This document shows positions 28,354 through 37,187 of a stretch of DNA of 64,000 nt, one piece after another. How positions within the stretch are numbered: position 1 is the stretch's first letter; each line of letters begins with the position of its first letter. A model generated the notes under the pieces. The model ran no database searches and was not told where the DNA came from. It saw only the letters and a program-made list of their open reading frames with translations. The DNA comes from Bacillota bacterium (GTDB lineage Bacteria > Bacillota > Negativicutes > CTSoil-072): assembly GCA_017889545.1 (NCBI GenBank), contig JAGFZV010000016.1:9124-73123 (forward strand), in the 5' to 3' direction. The translations under genes and the position numbers were made by a program.

Positions 28354-29571
28354 CTACTTTACTGTCAATTTAAAACTAGCGAAGGCATCGAATAATTTCT
28401 CTTTAAGACGCTCATAATCCGTATCTTCAATAATAATATATCCTGTTCGTACGGATGAACTACTCTGCGTCATCAAGCGATCGCCAGGCTTATTTAAAAA
28501 CGTGATCTCTTTGATGCCGTCCAAATGAGAAAAATCTTTTTCAGTAGAGATATCGACTAATTGACCCGCCTTAGACGGAAATGCAAGATACCCGGTAAAA
28601 ACGGGTCGATCATTCACGGCCTCCGCGTCATAGTGATTTATCGCTACGTCAATAAAAGCTTTATTAATATTAAGTCCCCGAGTGTTTTTTATACAAGCTC
28701 CAATACATGGCGATCCCCCGATTCTGGCTGCAATCTCGCCAAGATAAATTTTTCCCTCCCGCGTGACAAAAACCTCCATATGACAAACGGCATTTTTTAT
28801 GTCATAACAGCAAATAAGGTGCTCATTGAAATGCTTAATCTCCCGAATTATCTCATCGCTGTCGCAATACGCCGGAAATGCGATTGACCCTTTAGGCTTG
28901 CCATTCCTCACTGTATCCAAATTATTAAACAAGTTCTTTCCGACTGAAGCAAACATCACCTTTCCATTCAAAACAACTGAATCACAATGATATTCTTCTC
29001 CGTCGATAAAATTTTCGACAATAAACTCCCTATGCCGAACCAACATCTTGATTACTCTAAAGAAAAAAAAATCCTTAAAGGTATTTACTCTGTAAGTGCA
29101 TCTAGTGCCAAATCCACTCACCGGCTTTATAATGATCGGATATCTGTTTTCTTTTATGAATGCACACACATCAACCAGACTCTTTGCCAGTTTGCATTTT
29201 GCCGTAGCAATACCGTGCTTGAGAGCTGTCTGTTTCATAATATATTTATTGCGAACCTGAAGCGTTTCGGTATAATTCATACCGGGTATATTAAATTTCC
29301 CCCGTAAATATCCGGCTAACTCCACCACCGCTTCATACGTTCCATAAACGGCCCGCACCTGCTTAGTTTCAAGGATGCCGGCAAAGGCCTTTTCCACTTC
29401 ATCTCTACGCTGTATGTCAGACACAATCAGAATTCTGTCGTAATGACGATGCAGCACAGTAATATCGATCTTTCGCTTCCGATCCACAATAACTACTTTA
29501 TAATAGTCGTTGTACCCGGCAAGAAATTGATGAATATATGGAAAATCCAACAAAAAAACCAAAGCGTTCAT
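28354..29571 (-). CDS. ATP-grasp domain ligase (carboxylate-amine/L-amino-acid-ligase-like)
   Basis: 405 aa with ATP-grasp signatures (PIIIKPVSGFGTRCTYRV; EYHCDSVVLNGK; HMEVFVTREGKIYLGEIAARIGG). Confidence 0.6.
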   Translation of the reverse strand: MNALVFLLDFPYIHQFLAGYNDYYKVVIVDRKRKIDITVLHRHYDRILIVSDIQRRDEVEKAFAGILETKQVRAVYGTYEAVVELAGYLRGKFNIPGMNYTETLQVRNKYIMKQTALKHGIATAKCKLAKSLVDVCAFIKENRYPIIIKPVSGFGTRCTYRVNTFKDFFFFRVIKMLVRHREFIVENFIDGEEYHCDSVVLNGKVMFASVGKNLFNNLDTVRNGKPKGSIAFPAYCDSDEIIREIKHFNEHLICCYDIKNAVCHMEVFVTREGKIYLGEIAARIGGSPCIGACIKNTRGLNINKAFIDVAINHYDAEAVNDRPVFTGYLAFPSKAGQLVDISTEKDFSHLDGIKEITFLNKPGDRLMTQSSSSVRTGYIIIEDTDYERLKEKLFDAFASFKLTVK

Positions 29572-29593
29572 GCATCGCTACCACCTCTACAAG

Positions 29594-29746
29594 TTATGCA
29601 CCTGTCGAAAAACCCGATTTGACATCTAAGTGAAAACGACTATATGCTTCATACAACTTGTTTAGCAATCGATTACGATCGGCATCTTCGATAATAATAT
29701 AGCCTGTTCGAATGGTCGTATTTTTACGACGGCCCAAAAACTTCAT
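29594..29746 (-). pseudogene. truncated C-terminal fragment of a second ATP-grasp ligase paralog
   Basis: A manually translated 50-codon ORF MKFLGRRKNTTIRTGYIIIEDADRNRLLNKLYEAYSRFHLDVKSGFSTGA aligns with the C-terminus of the adjacent ATP-grasp protein (…VRTGYIIIEDTDYERLKEKLFDAFASFKLTVK). DNA-level similarity is also visible (tcttcgataataatatagcctgttcg vs tcttcaataataatatatcctgttcg). Confidence 0.5.
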
Positions 29747-29825
29747 TCGGTTGAAAATATGGTCTTAAGAATACATAAAAACAAGACCGCAACCCTCTTT
29801 TTATAAGGTTTACGGTTTCTCGCCG

Positions 29826-30305
29826 TTACCAATGATACGGTTCACCCCGGTTGATCTTAAACGCCCGATAGATCTGCTCGACCAAAAAAAAGCGAACCAT
29901 TTGATGGGTAAAAGTCATCTTGGAGAAAGATAGCCGTTCCTTTGCTGCGGCAATCAGCGCCGGCGAAAGGCCAAACGCTCCGCCAATGACAAACGTGACA
30001 TCACTTTGTCCGTCAACGCCCAAACCGGCCAGTTTTCCGGCGAATTCTTCCGATGATACTTGGCGTCCGGCAACGTCCAGCACAATCAAATGACTGGCGC
30101 TCCTAACCTGTTTCAGCAGTCGTTCGCCTTCCCGTTCCAGCGCCTTGGCCTTATCGGCAGCCGAAGGAGCATTCGGCATCCGTTCTTCGTCAATTTCGAT
30201 TATTTCCAGACGGCAATATGGCCCCAGACGTTTGCGGAACTCATCAATGCCGGCAGTAAGATATTTTTCTTTGATTTTTCCCACAGCAATAATTGTAATA
30301 TGCAT
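29826..30305 (-). CDS. rlmH: 23S rRNA (pseudouridine1915-N3)-methyltransferase RlmH
   Basis: The start is reset to MHITIIAVGKIKEKYL (track ORF 30407). This is a SPOUT-fold RlmH of 159 aa. Confidence 0.75.
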   Translation of the reverse strand: MHITIIAVGKIKEKYLTAGIDEFRKRLGPYCRLEIIEIDEERMPNAPSAADKAKALEREGERLLKQVRSASHLIVLDVAGRQVSSEEFAGKLAGLGVDGQSDVTFVIGGAFGLSPALIAAAKERLSFSKMTFTHQMVRFFLVEQIYRAFKINRGEPYHW

Positions 30306-30306
30306 C

Positions 30307-31419
30307 TTACTGCTGCACCGGCATTTCTTCCAGAAGCACAGAAACTGTCCGATTTCTGCCGTTCCGCACAAATTCCACTTCCACTCGGCTGCCAATCGCC
30401 TGCGCATCCAATACCGCCCGTAATTCAGCCACGCTATTGGTCTCAGTCCCGGCTACTTTCAGGATAATGTCTCCGGTTCGCAGACCGGATTTTCCGGCCG
30501 GACCTGCATCATCCACCCGGGCCACATAAATGCCCTTGTCAATATCCCACTCATATCCATAGCTTGCAGCTAAATTCTTATCCAGTACTCCGACGCCCAA
30601 AAAAGCCCTGGCAACATGTCCTTTTTCAATAATCGCCTGCAAAATCGGCCGTGCGGTATTGATCGGAATGGAAAAACCAATCCCTTCTACTCCTGCAACC
30701 GCAATTTTAGCGCTGTTGATTCCGATTACCATGCCGTCGGCATTGGCCAGCGCGCCGCCGGAATTACCGGGGTTAATCGCCGCATCAGTCTGAAGCAGTT
30801 TGAATTTTCGTTCGCCGATTTCCAGCGACCGGTTCAACGCGCTGATCACGCCGGTCGTAACGCTGCCGCGAAACTCCAATCCCAGCGGATTACCGATCGC
30901 TATGGCCGGTTCACCAACCAGCAACGCATCCGAATCACCGAATACCGCGGCAGGCAACCCAGCAGCTTCCACTTTGACAACCGCCAAATCAGTCGCAGAA
31001 TCGACCCCCAGCACTTTTCCCGGCAAAGTTCGCCCGTCAGCCAAAGAAACCGTCAATTCCTGCGCTCCGTCCACTACATGAAAATTCGTGGCGATATATC
31101 CGTTGGAATCAAAGATCACACCCGAACCAACTCCTTGTTCCACAAGAACTCGCCGACTAAACAGATCACGAGTGTATGCTTTGTTGGCAATTCCCACCAC
31201 ACTGGGGCCTACGGCCTGTGCGGCCCGAACGATTGCCGTATTGCGAACGCCGGAAATTTCAGCCTGCGCAAGAGGCGGCTGCAGCAAATTGGGAAGAGAC
31301 GCAGCGCTTTGCGGGACAGGCTTGGCAATAAACCGATCCCCATATCCCAATACCAGTCCTCCGCCGACCAATGCGCCAAAAACAGCAATTAAAAAATAAG
31401 ATGCAACTTTTTTATACAC
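30307..31419 (-). CDS. htrA: HtrA/DegP-family trypsin-like serine protease with PDZ domain
   Basis: N-terminal TM segment, catalytic triad context (ATNFHVV; D; GNSGGAL) and a C-terminal PDZ domain. GTG start with RBS GGAGGAAG. Confidence 0.75.
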   Translation of the reverse strand: MYKKVASYFLIAVFGALVGGGLVLGYGDRFIAKPVPQSAASLPNLLQPPLAQAEISGVRNTAIVRAAQAVGPSVVGIANKAYTRDLFSRRVLVEQGVGSGVIFDSNGYIATNFHVVDGAQELTVSLADGRTLPGKVLGVDSATDLAVVKVEAAGLPAAVFGDSDALLVGEPAIAIGNPLGLEFRGSVTTGVISALNRSLEIGERKFKLLQTDAAINPGNSGGALANADGMVIGINSAKIAVAGVEGIGFSIPINTARPILQAIIEKGHVARAFLGVGVLDKNLAASYGYEWDIDKGIYVARVDDAGPAGKSGLRTGDIILKVAGTETNSVAELRAVLDAQAIGSRVEVEFVRNGRNRTVSVLLEEMPVQQ

Positions 31420-31477
31420 CTGACTTCCTCCTTGCGCTCCCGGTTATCTGAAAAATCCAATAAAGCCTACTTTACTT

Positions 31478-32254
31478 TCATTCTTTCCAGCTCACAATGG
31501 CATCAGGCAAAGTAACATGCAAGGTAATATCCGCACCGATTTCAAGGCCCTGATCCCTCAGAATTTGGGCAACAGTGTTTTCCGCAAGTTCCCGCCGGTT
31601 GTTCTCTTTGCTGATATGTGCCAAAAAAACCTGGCAATGTTCCCCCAATTCCAAATTTGCCAACGTCCGTCCGGCTTCCACATTCGAAAGGTGGCCCCGA
31701 TTGCTCAAGATTCGGCGCTTCAAATGCCAAGGATAGGTTCCGTTCCGCAGCATGTCGAGGTCATGATTGGTTTCCAAAACCATCCCGTCACTGCCCGTCA
31801 GCGCCTTTTTCACACCATCCGTAACAAAACCCAAATCAGTAGCCAAGCTATATTTTCGGTCTTTCTCATAAAAAGTGTACCCGACAGGATCGGCGGCATC
31901 ATGAGAAGTATTGAAAGACTCCACCTTTACCGCTCCAAAATCCATTGACTGATAGAAATTCCGGCAGCACTCCGGCGCGAATTGCCGGCACGATGACATT
32001 TTCCGCCAGGTTTCCGGGCGGGCATAAATCGGCAGTCGATATTTTTTGACCAAGGTCGGCAATCCGCTGATATGATCGCTATGTTCATGGGTGATCAAGA
32101 TTCCATCCAAATCTTCCACGGCTGTGCCCACCTCTGCCAGCGCATTCTTGATGCGGCGAGCGCTGATGCCGGCATCCACCAAAATATTGGTATCATCAAA
32201 CTTAAATAAAGTAGCGTTTCCGCTACTGCCGCTGGCCAATACATGTATTTGCAT
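31478..32254 (-). CDS. yycJ: MBL-fold metallo-hydrolase (YycJ/WalJ-like)
   Basis: HxHxDH motif (THEHSDHISG). The yycJ-htrA-rlmH order matches the Bacillus wal locus tail. Confidence 0.65.
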   Translation of the reverse strand: MQIHVLASGSSGNATLFKFDDTNILVDAGISARRIKNALAEVGTAVEDLDGILITHEHSDHISGLPTLVKKYRLPIYARPETWRKMSSCRQFAPECCRNFYQSMDFGAVKVESFNTSHDAADPVGYTFYEKDRKYSLATDLGFVTDGVKKALTGSDGMVLETNHDLDMLRNGTYPWHLKRRILSNRGHLSNVEAGRTLANLELGEHCQVFLAHISKENNRRELAENTVAQILRDQGLEIGADITLHVTLPDAIVSWKE

Positions 32255-32359
32255 AATTGCTCCTTACAATGGGAACCACTATCTTCCCCACAGTTCATCT
32301 TTGTATAGAAGTTTCGCTTTATTTGCTCGATCTCCTGCTTGTTGCTGCAGTCTACAGCA

Positions 32360-33703
32360 TCACAGTTGCAGCAGTTTTTCGTTAACCGCATTTTGCACTG
32401 CCGACGGCAAGGAGGCAAGCAAAACAGCAGTAATTTCCCTCAGCCGTTCTTGCGTCTTTGCTTCAAACCGCAGCGTAAACAACGGTTCCGTAACGGAAGA
32501 GCGGATCATTCCCCACCCATCGGCAAATTCAACGCGAACACCGTCAATTCGGTTCACGCTATACTGTGCAAGAGCCTGGGCCGCTGCATCCAATATTTCC
32601 TCTTTATCCGGCCCGAGGTAAGGAACGCGAATATCCGGCGTAATCAAGTAACGGGGGATATTCGCAATCAGCGAGGAAAGCGAACCATGACGGTCAATGA
32701 ATTCGCATATCTTTAAGCCGGCAAACATTCCATCGTCATACCCCAATTCCCGAAAGAAGAAATGACCGCTGATTTCACCGGCAAAAAGAGCCTTTTCCCG
32801 TAAAAACGCCGCCTTGCTGAAGGTATGTCCCGCCCTTGCCATCACAGGAGTCCCACCGGCTTTAATAATTTCTTCCGGGACGACCATCGAACATTTTGCA
32901 TCATAAATAATGGTTCCCTTAGTCTGCTCCAAATAAGAGCGGGCGAGAAGAACCAGGATATCGTCATTATTGACCGGTTGGCCGTTTTCATCCACTACCC
33001 CTACCCGGTCACCGTCACCGTCAAAGCCGATCCCCAAATCAGCACCGCAGGCTCGCACCTGTTCGCCAAGCACCAGCAAGTTTTCCGCTAAAGCCGGATT
33101 GGGCGGCCGATGTGGGAACCGGCCATCCGACTGGCAGTGAAGCTCTACAACATCGTATCCTAATCGCCTGTATAAATCCGGCGCAATGTTTGATGTTGCT
33201 CCATTTCCAGCATCCAAAACTACGCGCAAACGGCCCTTTGCCGCCTGAGCCGCAGTAGCCGCTAAATATTGTTCAATCACCGGCAGCGTCTGGACACTGC
33301 CAGCACCGACAGTACCGGCATCGGCTTCGACCAAAGCAGCGATCTCGGCAATTTCCGCTTCACTGACCGGTTCTTGCCCGAAGACAAATTTGAAGCCGTT
33401 GTATTCCGCCGGATTATGCGAAGCGGTCACCATCACGCCGCCGTCCGACTGAGTCGCTTTGATTGCATAATAAAAAACCGGCGTAGCGACTGTGCCGATA
33501 TCAATCACTTTGCAGCCTGATTCAGCCAAACCGGCTACTATACTCTGCTGCAAACGCGGAGTTGACAAGCGGATATCGCCGCCGACAACGACTTGACGGC
33601 CGGCCAGCTTGACGCCAAGCGCGCGGGCGATCTTGCGGACCATCGTAGTTGGCAATTCAGTTTCTGCTTTGCCGCGTATGTCACAGGCATGAAAAATTGT
33701 CAT
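32360..33703 (-). CDS. alpha-D-phosphohexomutase family enzyme (phosphomannomutase/phosphoglucomutase; possible phosphopentomutase role)
   Basis: Active-site phosphoserine loop TASHNPAEYNGFK and metal-binding DGDGDR motif. It sits immediately downstream of deoC. Confidence 0.65.
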   Translation of the reverse strand: MTIFHACDIRGKAETELPTTMVRKIARALGVKLAGRQVVVGGDIRLSTPRLQQSIVAGLAESGCKVIDIGTVATPVFYYAIKATQSDGGVMVTASHNPAEYNGFKFVFGQEPVSEAEIAEIAALVEADAGTVGAGSVQTLPVIEQYLAATAAQAAKGRLRVVLDAGNGATSNIAPDLYRRLGYDVVELHCQSDGRFPHRPPNPALAENLLVLGEQVRACGADLGIGFDGDGDRVGVVDENGQPVNNDDILVLLARSYLEQTKGTIIYDAKCSMVVPEEIIKAGGTPVMARAGHTFSKAAFLREKALFAGEISGHFFFRELGYDDGMFAGLKICEFIDRHGSLSSLIANIPRYLITPDIRVPYLGPDKEEILDAAAQALAQYSVNRIDGVRVEFADGWGMIRSSVTEPLFTLRFEAKTQERLREITAVLLASLPSAVQNAVNEKLLQL

Positions 33704-33734
33704 GGGAACCCTCTTTTCATTTATTCGTTGTCAC

Positions 33735-34376
33735 CTATTCTCCGACAAGCAATGGCCCAGAACTGGTTCCAATCCGGTCCGCGCCGGCCGCAATCATTTT
33801 TTCCGCCTGTTCGCGGGTGCGGATTCCGCCCGCAGCCTTGATCTTTATTTTATCGCCTACTATTTCTTTCATCAGCCGGACATCCTCTTGTGCAGCGCCG
33901 CCTGAAGCGAAACCGGTAGATGTTTTTACAAACTGCGCGCCCCCATCCATGACTGCCTGACAGGCTTGTCTTTTTTCCCCGGTAGTCAGCAGCGCCGTTT
34001 CAATAATCACTTTCACCACTGCTCCGTCTGCCGCATCAACGACCTGCTTAATTTCATCAACCACAACTTCCCATCGTCCAGATTTGGCCGCGCCGATATT
34101 CATCACCAAATCCACTTCCTTTGCTTTGCGCAAAACAGCTTCCTTGGTTTCCAATACTTTTACTTCCGGCAAATTCGCTCCCAATGGGAACCCAATCACT
34201 GTGCAGACATTCACCTTGCTGTCCGCCAAAAGATGTGCAGCCAGATCCACATAACAAGGGTTCACACATACTGCGGCAAAGCCATATTCTTCCGCTTCCT
34301 TGCATAGTCGGATAATATCCTCCACGATCGCATCCGCTTTTAAACAGGTGTGATCGATATATTTTGCCAATTCCAT
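33735..34376 (-). CDS. deoC: deoxyribose-phosphate aldolase
   Basis: 213-aa class I aldolase TIM barrel with the conserved Lys context (FVKTSTGF) and the DeoC N-terminal pattern IDHTxLK. Confidence 0.75.
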   Translation of the reverse strand: MELAKYIDHTCLKADAIVEDIIRLCKEAEEYGFAAVCVNPCYVDLAAHLLADSKVNVCTVIGFPLGANLPEVKVLETKEAVLRKAKEVDLVMNIGAAKSGRWEVVVDEIKQVVDAADGAVVKVIIETALLTTGEKRQACQAVMDGGAQFVKTSTGFASGGAAQEDVRLMKEIVGDKIKIKAAGGIRTREQAEKMIAAGADRIGTSSGPLLVGE

Positions 34377-34409
34377 TTGTTCTTTCCCCTTTCACCAGGT
34401 ACAACCCGG

Positions 34410-35270
34410 TTACCCTAATGATAAAACAGCCAGTCCGATGACCATTGAGCCCGCCGCCGCCATGCGCGACTTCAAATTTCCTTCCGACAGCAGCTTTGCT
34501 CCAAGTACCGTACCTACCAATATACTGATTTCCCGCGCTGGGGCAATATAACTGACCGGGCTGAATACTAAAGCAGTAAGAACCAATATATACGCCAAAG
34601 GACATAGAATTCCTACTCCGAAAGCAAGCTTTTTGTTCGTTTTCCATTGCTCATAGACTTTGCTCCGGTTTTGAACAGCATAGGGCGTTAACAATAAGGT
34701 TCGCCCCAAATTCGCCGACCAGTCCAGCAGCAGCGGCGGTACCAGATACAAACTCACCGCCATTTTATCCCAGACTGTATAGGATGCAATCACTATGCCG
34801 CACAAGATGGCAAATAAGGCCGGTTTGCGCGCGTCAGCTTTTTTTAACAATAAAGGATTCCCTGTCAAAAAGAATACCCCGGCAAGGATCATCAGCCCTC
34901 CAGTGATTGTCACAAGCGTCGGTTTCTCGCCCAGAAAAAGCACAGCGGTTATCATCGCCAGCAACGGTCCGGTACTGCGGGCAAGAGGATAAATGAGCGA
35001 GAGATCGCCAATCCTATACCCTCTATCCAGCAAATAAAAGTATGCACAATGCAAAACTGCCGTACCAGCCATAAAAATAAGTTGGTTCAGTCCGATAACC
35101 GGCTGTTGGTACAGCAAGATCCCTATCGCCAGAGGAAAATACACTACGGTTGAAATTGCTCCGAACAACCACCCAAAAGCAGTCCCGCCACACGCTTTTT
35201 TGGCCAGATAGTTCCAAGTAGCATGCGCAAATGCCGCAGATAACACCAGAAGCAATGCAAAATCAGACAT
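34410..35270 (-). CDS. EamA/DMT-family transporter
   Basis: 286 aa with ten predicted TM helices and two EamA repeats. Confidence 0.6.
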   Translation of the reverse strand: MSDFALLLVLSAAFAHATWNYLAKKACGGTAFGWLFGAISTVVYFPLAIGILLYQQPVIGLNQLIFMAGTAVLHCAYFYLLDRGYRIGDLSLIYPLARSTGPLLAMITAVLFLGEKPTLVTITGGLMILAGVFFLTGNPLLLKKADARKPALFAILCGIVIASYTVWDKMAVSLYLVPPLLLDWSANLGRTLLLTPYAVQNRSKVYEQWKTNKKLAFGVGILCPLAYILVLTALVFSPVSYIAPAREISILVGTVLGAKLLSEGNLKSRMAAAGSMVIGLAVLSLG

Positions 35271-35437
35271 ATGGATATCCTTTCAACAACCATTACTATG
35301 TTCTTGCTTCAAGACGATATCGTCTTCATTAATAGACTATAAGACCTCGCCCTCTAATGTCAAGAATAAACAGCAAAAAAAGACTTGTTTCAGATGAATT
35401 CAAAACTCCACCTGAAGCAAGTCTCTCTTTAGGATGA

Positions 35438-37165
35438 TCAGATATCGAACCCGCCGCCGCGGTTGCTGCCGATAGCAAGCTTACGGTATAACCGTACTAC
35501 CGGCGTAGCTTCCTTGACCGGCAACTGTTTCACAGCCTTGCGTTGCGCGAACACTTTTGCCACTTCTTCTGCCGAAGCAGGTTGTCCCTTAATCCCCACA
35601 ATATCAAGTTTACGGGCGGCAACATCCATCTTGATGAGATCACCGTCTTCAATATACGCAATCGGCCCGCCATCAGCGGCTTCCGGACTGATGTGTCCTA
35701 CTGCCGGACCCCGGGTAGCGCCCGAGAAGCGGCCATCGGTAAACAATGCCACGCTTTTCGACAATTCGTGCATATTCCATAACGCTTCCGTAGTGCGCAG
35801 CATTTCCGGCATTCCCGACCCCCGTGGTCCTTCAAAACGGATAAATACGGCGCTATGGGGTTTAATTCCGCCGCTCAACAATTCGGCAACCGCCTCTTCT
35901 TCAGAATCGAACACTCTGGCGGAACCGGTAAAATTATTGATCGCTTCGTCAACGCCCGATAATTTGATCACCGCGCCTTCCGGAGCCAAATTCCCGCTTA
36001 ATATTTTGAGATTGCCCTGAGGCTTGGTTGGCTTTTGGCGAGTGGTGATGATATCCGAAGCGGCCAGCTTGTAGTTTGTCAGGTAGCTGTTCACTTCCCG
36101 GAACCAGCCGGTTGCCTCTAGTTTCTCCAGGTTTTCGCCAAGGGTTTTTCCCGTCACCGTCATAACATCCAAATGCAAAAGGTCTTTCAATTGCCGCATG
36201 ATACCCGGGATACCGCCGGCATACCAGAAGATGTCGGTCGGCCATTCTCCTCCGGTTTTCAGACTGACCAGCACAGGAATTTCCCGATTAATCTGATCAA
36301 AATCTTTCGGCGTTATTTCAATTCCTATTTCTCGGGCAATAGCCGGCAAATGCAACAAAGCATTCGTCGAACCGCCAATGGCTGCATGAACCATCATCGC
36401 GTTGAGAAAATTCTTTTTCGTTATAAACTGACGCGGCTTCAAACCATTTTTAACATTTTCAATCACCTGCCGTCCGGCCGCCCGGGCATAGCGGGTAATA
36501 TGCGCAGTATAAGCGGGAGCCAAAGCGTTTCCGGGCAAGGACAAGCCCAGCGCTTCCGATACGGATTGCATGGTGCTGGCTGTACCAATGAACTGGCAGG
36601 CGCCGGCGCTGGGGCAGCAATTCATGGAATAATACATCAACTCATTGTCGCTGATTTCCCCCTTGGCATATTTATCACCGGCTCCATACAGGATCTCGGA
36701 AGACATAAAGCCCGGGCCGCTCAGCATCGAACCGCCGCAAACATGAACAGACGGCAGGTCGATCCGCAGCATGGTCATGAGCTGCGCAGGAACCGATTTG
36801 TCGCAGGACGCCATAAAAACCGCGCCGTCAAATGGCGAGGCCAATGCATGGATTTCATACATGTAGGACATAATCTCCCGGCTGACCAGCGAATAGTTCA
36901 TCCCGTCATGAGCCATAGCGATCCCATCACAAATATCGGTCACAGAATATAAAGCCGGTTTTCCCTGCGACTCATACACAGACAATTTCGCTTCCTCAGC
37001 CAGTTTGCCTAAATGAACACTGCCTGGGTGGCTATCTCCGTGCGCGGTGTCAATCAAAATCTGACACTTTCCAAGGTCTGCTTCATCCCATTGTGTTCCG
37101 GCCCGCAAACCATCCCCCTGGTAATTCACCTTCCGTAAGGATTGACTATGGCAATTACAACTCAT
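35438..37165 (-). CDS. IlvD/EDD-family dehydratase (acid-sugar dehydratase)
   Basis: The start is reset to MSCNCHS (RBS GAGGAGG). It has the conserved SCDKSVPA Fe-S ligand loop and IlvD-like N-terminal blocks (GIAMAHDGMNYSLVSREI). Confidence 0.7.
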   Translation of the reverse strand: MSCNCHSQSLRKVNYQGDGLRAGTQWDEADLGKCQILIDTAHGDSHPGSVHLGKLAEEAKLSVYESQGKPALYSVTDICDGIAMAHDGMNYSLVSREIMSYMYEIHALASPFDGAVFMASCDKSVPAQLMTMLRIDLPSVHVCGGSMLSGPGFMSSEILYGAGDKYAKGEISDNELMYYSMNCCPSAGACQFIGTASTMQSVSEALGLSLPGNALAPAYTAHITRYARAAGRQVIENVKNGLKPRQFITKKNFLNAMMVHAAIGGSTNALLHLPAIAREIGIEITPKDFDQINREIPVLVSLKTGGEWPTDIFWYAGGIPGIMRQLKDLLHLDVMTVTGKTLGENLEKLEATGWFREVNSYLTNYKLAASDIITTRQKPTKPQGNLKILSGNLAPEGAVIKLSGVDEAINNFTGSARVFDSEEEAVAELLSGGIKPHSAVFIRFEGPRGSGMPEMLRTTEALWNMHELSKSVALFTDGRFSGATRGPAVGHISPEAADGGPIAYIEDGDLIKMDVAARKLDIVGIKGQPASAEEVAKVFAQRKAVKQLPVKEATPVVRLYRKLAIGSNRGGGFDI

Positions 37166-37187
37166 GCAGAATACCTCCTCATAAATT

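Noticed and set aside
30616-31392. 258-aa plus-strand ORF antisense to htrA
   Set aside because: Same reasoning; the htrA frame carries the catalytic triad and PDZ motifs.
36173-36952. 259-aa plus-strand ORF within the IlvD/EDD dehydratase gene
   Set aside because: An antisense frame of a strongly supported CDS, and Arg/His-rich, which is typical of out-of-frame GC-rich translation.
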